DNA of 64,000 nt from Minisyncoccota bacterium (GTDB taxonomy: Bacteria; Patescibacteriota; Minisyncoccia; Phycocordibacterales; JABAAK01). The notes below the pieces were generated by a model that was not told the origin of the DNA, did no database searches, and was given only the letters and a program-made list of their open reading frames with translations. The number at the start of each line of letters is the position of its first letter. Position 1 is the first letter of the stretch. The stretch lies in contig OZ244939.1 of assembly GCA_965222235.1 (NCBI GenBank), positions 184,585 through 248,584 on the forward strand, read 5' to 3'. The translations under genes were made by a program, and so were the position numbers. This document shows, piece after piece, positions 57,596-64,000 of this stretch.

Positions 57596-58094
57596 GGCGT
57601 ATAGGCCTGGGGAAATCATACATTTTGACCAGGCAACCAAAGAGGAGGTTGTGGAGATTTTGAACAATCAAGATTTGTCTCAAAACGAGCGGGAGAAACG
57701 TGTTTTCACATATCTTAAAAATCATCCGCAAGATCAGCTAGTTATTGAGGGACAGATAGATGAAGTAACCTACGACGGCATTGAGAACCTGCCCCTTCCG
57801 GAGAAATATGTACTATTCTCGCATCTAATGCGAAAGTGGGATGAAAATAAATCCGTAAAAATGGAGTTAAGGAAAACCGTTGAAACCATATTTAAACGGG
57901 AGGATATCAGTGAGACAGAACAGGATGCCCTCATATCCAAGTATGTGCAAGAACAAGGTTTATCGGCAACAGATACCGATCTTCTTATACAGAAAATTGT
58001 AACCCGAGGAACCGGCAGTTTGAGCAGAAAAGAAAATGTCGCTCTTTACACAGCCCTTGAAGAGAATTGGAAACAACAGCATCACCCGCACTAA
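57534..58094 (+). CDS. Hypothetical helical protein (186 aa)
   Basis: ATG 9 nt after TGTTACAAT; first ~20 codons duplicated at 46541. Confidence 0.7.
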   Translation: MKEGKEYIPRSQEPKPFMEGAAYRPGEIIHFDQATKEEVVEILNNQDLSQNEREKRVFTYLKNHPQDQLVIEGQIDEVTYDGIENLPLPEKYVLFSHLMRKWDENKSVKMELRKTVETIFKREDISETEQDALISKYVQEQGLSATDTDLLIQKIVTRGTGSLSRKENVALYTALEENWKQQHHPH

Positions 58095-58228
58095 TCCGCG
58101 GTATCATACACATTCTATAGGAATATTTGAACAAAACTTTCGCGCGCATGGCGTATTTCGCGAATCAAACGAAAAACATTTATGACGGGCTGGCGTGCAT
58201 TTTTTGTGTGGTACCATACCGTACAGTT

Positions 58229-59092
58229 ATGGATGTTCGTACCAAATTCATTCTCAGCATGTTCATCCTTGCCGGTGCGGTCGGCGCAGTCAGCGTATTT
58301 GTATACATCTCCGCAACCTCGGACCCATTCGCTGACGGCGGACAGGAAATACCCCTCCGTCCGACATCCATAGAGGACGGCGGCACGGGAGGAGTAGATC
58401 CCCTGTTCCCCATAGGAGGCGGAGAGAATAACGAGACTCCGGAAAGAAAACCGGTCGGCACCATATCTCTGGAGACTCCCGAAACGCCCGAATACGAAGC
58501 GGAAAAAGATCCCGGCAGCAGATCAAACAGGGCGCGGTATCGGGTCCGCATGCATGCCCCCTGGAGCCAGCTGCAGCACGGTACTTTCTACCCGGCAGGC
58601 GCGCACCTCTCACCGATGGTTGCCTGGGCGCACCGGCTGAAAAATACGGTGTTCGCCACCGGGACGCTTGCAAGCGACGGCATGGAAATCATGGCGGAAA
58701 CGGGAGCAACCAAAACGCTCGCCGGGGAACTGCAGGAACTCGGAAAAGAGGGACGACTCCACAACTACAACATCGGGAAGCGTATTGACGCGCCCGGCGA
58801 AGACAGCGTGATTATCGTTCTCTCCAACACCGCCCCGTTTGCGAGCGTCGTGAGCATGATAGCCCCGAGTCCGGACTGGTTCATCGCAGCACATAATGTA
58901 CGACTGTTTGAAAATAATCAATGGGTGAAAAAGAGTTCGGTTCCCGCCGTTCTGTATGACTCCGGCACCGACAGCGGAACGACCTTCACCGCGAAAGACG
59001 CGGACACCGCACCGCCCGAACCCATCCACCGGTTTGCGAAAGCGCCCGTCGTACCGATTGCCACATTTGATTTCATACGCATTGAGGATTAG
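58229..59092 (+). CDS. Membrane-anchored Spondin_N domain protein
   Basis: HLSP...AH, MAETG, SMIAPSPDWF, YDSGTDSGTTF motifs; N-terminal TM and acidic Pro linker. Confidence 0.88.
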   Translation: MDVRTKFILSMFILAGAVGAVSVFVYISATSDPFADGGQEIPLRPTSIEDGGTGGVDPLFPIGGGENNETPERKPVGTISLETPETPEYEAEKDPGSRSNRARYRVRMHAPWSQLQHGTFYPAGAHLSPMVAWAHRLKNTVFATGTLASDGMEIMAETGATKTLAGELQELGKEGRLHNYNIGKRIDAPGEDSVIIVLSNTAPFASVVSMIAPSPDWFIAAHNVRLFENNQWVKKSSVPAVLYDSGTDSGTTFTAKDADTAPPEPIHRFAKAPVVPIATFDFIRIED

Positions 59093-60417
59093 CGTTCGCT
59101 ATGCACACGGCGCAGCACATCGCGGATAATCGCTCTCTCATCCCACGGCAACGATTTCCCCCGCACCTCCATGGTCACTTCGGCTCCTTTGCCGGTGATA
59201 ATCACCACATCCCCCGCACGCGCCATGGCAACCGCTGTATGTATCGCCTTACGACGGTCGGGCTCTGTATGCCACTTCGCACGCTCAACCCGCCTCGCGC
59301 CGGCGGCAACTGCTTCTATAATCTCTTGAGGATTATCAAAAAACGGATCAACATCCGTGATGACGATGATATCGGCTGAGCGGGCGGCCGCCTCCCCTAT
59401 CGCCTCGGCATTGTACCGCCATCGGGACGCGCCGACGCCGCCGACCACGACAATGACCCTGCCGTCCGGTTTCGCATACGCCCTGAGCGCTTCGCATACA
59501 CTTTTTATACTGAGCGGTTCATGCGCATAATCGCAAAAGACCCTGAACGACTGCCCTTCGTCAATGCGTTCCAGCCGACCGGGCAGTGTCAGCGACCCGA
59601 TGCCGTGATTAATCTGCTCCGCCGTCGCCCCGCAGTATCGCTGTGCGAGGATGATTGCGGGCAACACATTTCGCACCGTCAGCGATCCGGGATACGGAAC
59701 GGTATAGGCCTCGTCCGCGACGGTAAATGATACGGCGGTACTGTCCTGATACAGCCGCGCCCGCACATCGGCGCGACCGCCCAGGCCGAACCGAATCGTT
59801 TCATATCGGGACGACGCGCACGCCGCTATATAGTCGGCATTGTTATCGTCCGCGTTAATCAGCACGAGACGTTGTACCGCCGTGCCCCGAATCTTTTTCA
59901 CACCGCTCCGGGCATGTCTTCGGAACAGCCGACACTTGGTGTCGCGGTATCGTTCAAACGTTTTGTGCGTAACCAGATGTTCGGGAGAAAGATTGGTAAA
60001 CACAACCGCGTCATACCAGACACCGAGGTCTCTGAACTGGCGTATACCCTCGGAGGGTGTTTCAATAACGGCATGAGTGCAGCCGGCATCCGCCATAGTT
60101 TTAAGATACCGCTGCACAAAACCGCGGCCGGGCATCGTCATGTGCCGGGCGTTTGCATGCACGGTGTCCCCCACCCGTATCTCGGCAGTTGAGAGCAGTC
60201 CTGTCCGGGTGCCGGCAGCTGAGAGCGCCGCATGTATATAGAGAGCGGTTGATGTCTTGCCTTTCGTTCCGGTAACACCGATAACAATCAGCCGGCGCGA
60301 CGGATGCCGATACAGCACCAGTGCGACGATGGCGAAAAAACAATGGTAGGCGAGCAGCGCGCATTCGGGAACACAGTGTTTCAAAGCCCGCTTGATTGTC
60401 GCTGCAACAGTGCGCAT
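59089..60417 (-). CDS. murE: UDP-MurNAc-tripeptide synthetase (Mur ligase)
   Basis: GVTGTKGKTS, FTNLSPEHL, PGRLE, DYAHEP, ITGKGAE. Confidence 0.88.
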   Translation of the reverse strand: MRTVAATIKRALKHCVPECALLAYHCFFAIVALVLYRHPSRRLIVIGVTGTKGKTSTALYIHAALSAAGTRTGLLSTAEIRVGDTVHANARHMTMPGRGFVQRYLKTMADAGCTHAVIETPSEGIRQFRDLGVWYDAVVFTNLSPEHLVTHKTFERYRDTKCRLFRRHARSGVKKIRGTAVQRLVLINADDNNADYIAACASSRYETIRFGLGGRADVRARLYQDSTAVSFTVADEAYTVPYPGSLTVRNVLPAIILAQRYCGATAEQINHGIGSLTLPGRLERIDEGQSFRVFCDYAHEPLSIKSVCEALRAYAKPDGRVIVVVGGVGASRWRYNAEAIGEAAARSADIIVITDVDPFFDNPQEIIEAVAAGARRVERAKWHTEPDRRKAIHTAVAMARAGDVVIITGKGAEVTMEVRGKSLPWDERAIIRDVLRRVHSER

Positions 60418-60435
60418 AGATTCAGTATACCCCCT

Positions 60436-61506
60436 TCATCCTTCACGCAGTTCAACCATGACGGCGCGGTATGACCGCGCCGCAACACGGCGGGCCACGG
60501 TAACCGGATACAGGCGCATAAACCTGAAAAGCCAGTATCGCCACATACTCACGACAATATCCCGCGGATGTCCGTGATCAACGACCGCACCCCCGAATTT
60601 TTCCTTGAATAATGACTGGCTCTTTAAGCTGCGCTGCGCGTACGAACCGGATGACACCACCCCCAGGTTATACCGCCTGAGTCCCTGCTTCTTTGCCTCG
60701 CGTATCGCCAGATACATGGCAAATGTCGGCATGCCCGCATTGTAGCCCCGTACATCATTGCCGGAGATAAGCTGATAGGCCTCCGTTCCCGTATACATCG
60801 TCAGCACCGCGGATACCGGTTTCTTATCGTCAGGCAGGTAGCCGAGTACCAGCGATCCGTACTCGGGATTTTTTGTCAACGTATCAAACAATGTTTCATA
60901 ATACGCATACGGATGCGGCGAAAATCCTTTGAGCAACGCCGCCTGCATGAGCAGATCATGCACCGCAGAGAGATGCGTGCGAAAATCCGTTGTTTCAATA
61001 TGAAACCGAATGCCTTGTCGATTCCGTTCAAAGTTCCGCACCATACGCTTGGTGTTTTTCGCGAACCGGTTGACAATATCATCCATATCTCCGTCAAGCT
61101 GAACAATCTGTTCCGCGGACGGCTGATTAAACGAACCGGGCGTCTGCTCTGCCGGCACTGTTCTCTGCGCGGACGGCGGGTACTGCACTCTGATATGCGA
61201 TGTCCGCGGCTCCGCCTCAACGCACAGCCGGCGCAGTTCGCCATAGAAGGCAATTTCAATATTGCGGTCGCTGAAAGATCCGACGGGGCCGCGCACAGCA
61301 ACCCAGAGCGTACCCGTGAGCGGTACGCGGTACGCGATGCATTGAATATATACTTTCGGCGTGCCGGACGGATCACTGACCACAAGGGAAACGGTCCTGT
61401 GGCCGCACGCCTCCTTCCAGTTCCGGAAACACAAACTCTGATTCAACGACACATTTCTGAAATGCTTCTCGGGATCAAAGGTGTGCGGCGGCGCATATAT
61501 CAGCAT
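60436..61506 (-). CDS. FemABX-family peptidoglycan bridge aminoacyltransferase
   Basis: LNQS..W, RGPV, K.TKR.VR, YYE, AIREAK..G...YNLG, FKEKFGG; next to murE. Confidence 0.8.
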   Translation of the reverse strand: MLIYAPPHTFDPEKHFRNVSLNQSLCFRNWKEACGHRTVSLVVSDPSGTPKVYIQCIAYRVPLTGTLWVAVRGPVGSFSDRNIEIAFYGELRRLCVEAEPRTSHIRVQYPPSAQRTVPAEQTPGSFNQPSAEQIVQLDGDMDDIVNRFAKNTKRMVRNFERNRQGIRFHIETTDFRTHLSAVHDLLMQAALLKGFSPHPYAYYETLFDTLTKNPEYGSLVLGYLPDDKKPVSAVLTMYTGTEAYQLISGNDVRGYNAGMPTFAMYLAIREAKKQGLRRYNLGVVSSGSYAQRSLKSQSLFKEKFGGAVVDHGHPRDIVVSMWRYWLFRFMRLYPVTVARRVAARSYRAVMVELREG

Positions 61507-61521
61507 TACACCTATTCTACC

Positions 61522-62751
61522 CTATCCCAGCATGCTTCGTGTCCGTTTCCTCCGGTGCCTACCGATTGCGAACCGGTGCGCCTCGGCGTTCGCCCGAATG
61601 ATATCTCGCTCCCGGACGGATACATGCCCGGCACTGCCGAGAATATCCCGCGGCGCATGTTTCTCGTTTTTGACAACCGATACCACGGGCACCGCAAGAC
61701 CGTATTTCTCCAGTATCCGCTCCGCCGCCGATAACTGCGCCTTCCCTCCGTCCACAACCGCAAGATTAGGAAAGCGCCATTCTGCATGCCGAAGGCGGCG
61801 CTCCAGTATCTCCCGCAATGCACCGATGTCATCGCCCGCTTTCGCGTCGCGAACAGTGAAAGTGCGATACTCGGCGGGCGCAGGCTCGCCGTCAAGAAAA
61901 ACAACCATGACGCCGACGGTATCCGTGCCGGCGAGATGCGCGACATCATACGCTTCAATGCGGAATGTACTGTTGTCCGTTTCATCGGAAATGTTTTCCT
62001 CCTTGATGAGCGCGACATCCTGTATGTGCGTCAGCGCGAATATTCTCTTCCGTATGTCTTCCGCTTTTTCAAATTCCCGCTGTCGTGCATACCGCTTCAT
62101 TTCCCGCTCAAGCACAGTCAACAGCTGTTTTTTTCTGCCGCTGAAGAATAGGACCAACTCGCGCACCCGCCCCGCATATTCCTTCCGGTCAATCAGGCCG
62201 GCGCACATGCCGGGACAGAGTCCCAGCTGCGCACGGAAACATTTTTTTCCGTTCGGTGCCGGAGAGCAGGTGTCGCGGTACGGCAGAATGCGCCTGAGTA
62301 TCTTCAGCGCCTCTTTCAGCGTACCGCCGCGGGGGAACGGACCGAAGACATATTTGAATGCCGTGCCGGGAACGCCCTGTTCAAGATTTCTGCCGCGCAC
62401 CGTCACAACGCGCGGGAATGCCTCGTCGGTGATACCGACAAACTGAAAGCTTTTGTTGTCCTTGTCCGCGACATTGTACGGCGGTTCGTGCTGTTTAATA
62501 TATTTCGCCTCCAATATATATGCCTCAAGTACGCTGTCGGTCGGAATGGCCTCTATCCGCTTCGCCTGCTCCAGCACTTCGGACAGCCGCGGGCCGCGGT
62601 CGGCCTCAAGACGGGAGGAGAAATAGCTGCGCACCCGGGACCGCAGATCGGTCGCCCGTCCGACATACAGCATCCTGTTCCGCGCGCCGCGGAATATATA
62701 TATACCCGGTTCCTCGGGCAGCGTCCTGAAATCTATATCGTCCCGCCGCAT
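61522..62751 (-). CDS. uvrC: Excinuclease UvrC, short form lacking C-terminal HhH
   Basis: LPEEPGIY...YVGRA.DLRSRVRSYF (GIY-YIG), RIEAYDVAH, VDGGKAQ, EAHRFAI. Confidence 0.92.
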   Translation of the reverse strand: MRRDDIDFRTLPEEPGIYIFRGARNRMLYVGRATDLRSRVRSYFSSRLEADRGPRLSEVLEQAKRIEAIPTDSVLEAYILEAKYIKQHEPPYNVADKDNKSFQFVGITDEAFPRVVTVRGRNLEQGVPGTAFKYVFGPFPRGGTLKEALKILRRILPYRDTCSPAPNGKKCFRAQLGLCPGMCAGLIDRKEYAGRVRELVLFFSGRKKQLLTVLEREMKRYARQREFEKAEDIRKRIFALTHIQDVALIKEENISDETDNSTFRIEAYDVAHLAGTDTVGVMVVFLDGEPAPAEYRTFTVRDAKAGDDIGALREILERRLRHAEWRFPNLAVVDGGKAQLSAAERILEKYGLAVPVVSVVKNEKHAPRDILGSAGHVSVRERDIIRANAEAHRFAIGRHRRKRTRSMLG

Positions 62752-62787
62752 ATATATGCATGATACCGAAAAACAAATTCGGTGGCA

Positions 62788-62964
62788 CTATTCGGGACGG
62801 TTGCGGTGTTTCTGTTTCCGGTTGTACTTCGTCCGGTCCCGTTCAACACGGTGCCCGTACTGGCGATTGGTCGTGAGTTCCTTGGCAGTGGCGTTCCCCT
62901 TCTTTTTCTGTTCCAGGTTCTGAATAGTGTTGCGCAACCGCCTGGGCAGTCCTTCTAACTTCAT
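62788..62964 (-). CDS. Small basic protein resembling ribosome rescue factor ArfA (58 aa)
   Basis: Hand-translated MKLEGLPRRLRNTIQNLEQKKKGNATAKELTTNRQYGHRVERDRTKYNRKQKHRNRPE*; fills the uvrA-uvrC gap; CATACT box 6 nt upstream. Confidence 0.6.
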   Translation of the reverse strand: MKLEGLPRRLRNTIQNLEQKKKGNATAKELTTNRQYGHRVERDRTKYNRKQKHRNRPE

Positions 62965-63007
62965 ATATGCAGTATGCCGTATAAAATTGCGGTTGAGGAG
63001 CGCTCCG

Positions 63008-64000
63008 CTATCTTTTCAGCACCTTTTTCAGATACGTGCCGGTATGGCTGCCGGCGCACTTCGCCACCGTCTCCGGCGTGCCCTCGGCGATAATAGTGCC
63101 GCCGCGCAGTCCCCCTTCCGGACCGATGTCAATGATATGATCGGCGCTCTTGATAACATCAAAGTTATGCTCAATGAAAAGCACCGTGTTGCCCCGGTCC
63201 ACCAGCCGGTTCAGTATATCTATCAGTCTCCTGACATCGTCATAGTGCAGACCGACCGTCGGCTCGTCCAGCAGATACACCGTCCGACGGGTATTCGGAC
63301 GGTAGAGCTCGGAAGCAATCTTCACCCGCTGCGCCTCCCCGCCCGAGAGCGTGGTGGATGACTGTCCGAGCTGCAAATATCCCAGACCGACGTCAACCAA
63401 TGTGCTGAGACGATCATGCACTGTGGGTATATGTTTAAAAAATGTCACCGCTTCTTCCGTCGGCATCGCAAGTATCTCGTGAATGTTTTTGCCGCGGTAT
63501 GTCACATCCAGTACTTCCTTGCTGTATCGCCTGCCGAAACATTCGTCGCAGGTCACATATACCGTCGGCAGAAAGTGCATTTCAACGGCGATGGATCCGT
63601 TCCCCTCGCATTTCTCGCACCGGCCGCCGCGGACATTGAACGAAAACCTGCCGGCCTTCCAGCCGCGGTACCGCGCCTCCTCGGTCGCCGCGAACAGGTC
63701 GCGGATATGCAAGAACGCGCCGACATAGGTGACGGGAGTGGAACGGGGTGTGCGGCCGATGGGCGACTGATCAACCAGAATCACCCTGTTCAGGTCGGTG
63801 TATCCTTCAAACCCGCTCACATTGAAGTTCTTTTTCACTGTCAGCCGCCGTTCAAGTTTGTGACGGAGATTTTTGTAGATGACATCATGAAGGAGTGTGG
63901 ACTTTCCCGATCCGGACACGCCGGTAATGCCGACCATCTTCCCCAGCGGCACCGTAACGGTGCTGCCTGTAATGTTATTCACATTGATGCCGCGGAGCAC
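63008..64000 (-). CDS. uvrA: Excinuclease UvrA, C-terminal part (5' end outside window)
   Basis: TGVSGSGKSTL, DQSPIGRTPRS, FSFNVRGGRCEKC, LSGGEAQRVK, LDEPTVGLH. Confidence 0.97.
   Translation of the reverse strand: MLRGINVNNITGSTVTVPLGKMVGITGVSGSGKSTLLHDVIYKNLRHKLERRLTVKKNFNVSGFEGYTDLNRVILVDQSPIGRTPRSTPVTYVGAFLHIRDLFAATEEARYRGWKAGRFSFNVRGGRCEKCEGNGSIAVEMHFLPTVYVTCDECFGRRYSKEVLDVTYRGKNIHEILAMPTEEAVTFFKHIPTVHDRLSTLVDVGLGYLQLGQSSTTLSGGEAQRVKIASELYRPNTRRTVYLLDEPTVGLHYDDVRRLIDILNRLVDRGNTVLFIEHNFDVIKSADHIIDIGPEGGLRGGTIIAEGTPETVAKCAGSHTGTYLKKVLKR

Larger units (their letters stand above)
41762..58092. mobile_element. Putative accessory genomic island downstream of tRNA-Gly(CCC)
   Basis: Housekeeping run is interrupted; visibly AT-richer; contains TA pair, IS remnant and RHS cassette; no integrase seen; right boundary uncertain. 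Confidence 0.55.

Noticed and set aside
57357-57731. First ~125 codons of the 2573-aa ORF-track RHS protein
   Set aside because: Overlaps the opposite-strand ORF57534 and the 97-bp repeat; the signal peptide begins near 57356-57374, so the extension is probably spurious
1-64000. CRISPR array, cas genes, rRNA, prophage structural genes
   Set aside because: None recognised anywhere in the window
1-64000. Alternative genetic code (TGA=Gly as in Gracilibacteria/Absconditabacteria)
   Set aside because: Conserved genes are full length under code 11 and several end properly in TGA (e.g. rpmJ, trpS)

Overview
64 kb of a reduced bacterial chromosome, most likely Patescibacteria/CPR (Parcubacteria-like). 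This is inferred from the short RF2, short UvrC, archaeal-type AspRS, alpha2-type GlyRS and compact housekeeping content. Standard code 11 fits, with TGA used as stop. About 1-41.7 kb and 58.2-64 kb are housekeeping, nearly all on the minus strand: aminoacyl-tRNA synthetases, ribosomal proteins, rpoA/B/C/D, dnaG, scpAB, murG/J/E, rodA, ftsEX, secDF, rnpB, prfB, uvrAC and two tRNAs, plus an intact IS481-like element just upstream of rpoB. Between tRNA-Gly(CCC) (ends 41761) and about 58.1 kb is an AT-richer accessory island. It holds a membrane-anchored vWA protein, a Doc-type toxin-antitoxin pair, an IS30 remnant, and an ~11 kb integrase-free cassette bounded by perfect 97-bp direct repeats. 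The cassette encodes a ~2450-aa signal-peptide-bearing SpvB/TcB-TcC-like RHS protein with an FG-GAP propeller inserted, a coupled membrane partner (putative immunity), an orphan RHS-core/alternative C-terminus/second immunity module sharing an 884-bp near-identical recombination arm, and a hairpin-rich non-coding segment. Window-wide, many genes have an extended -10 box only 6-10 nt before the ATG and no Shine-Dalgarno, suggesting leaderless expression. Three small ORFs missed by the ORF track were found: L36, an ArfA-like protein and a 31-aa membrane peptide. All assignments come from motif recognition by eye; no searches were run.
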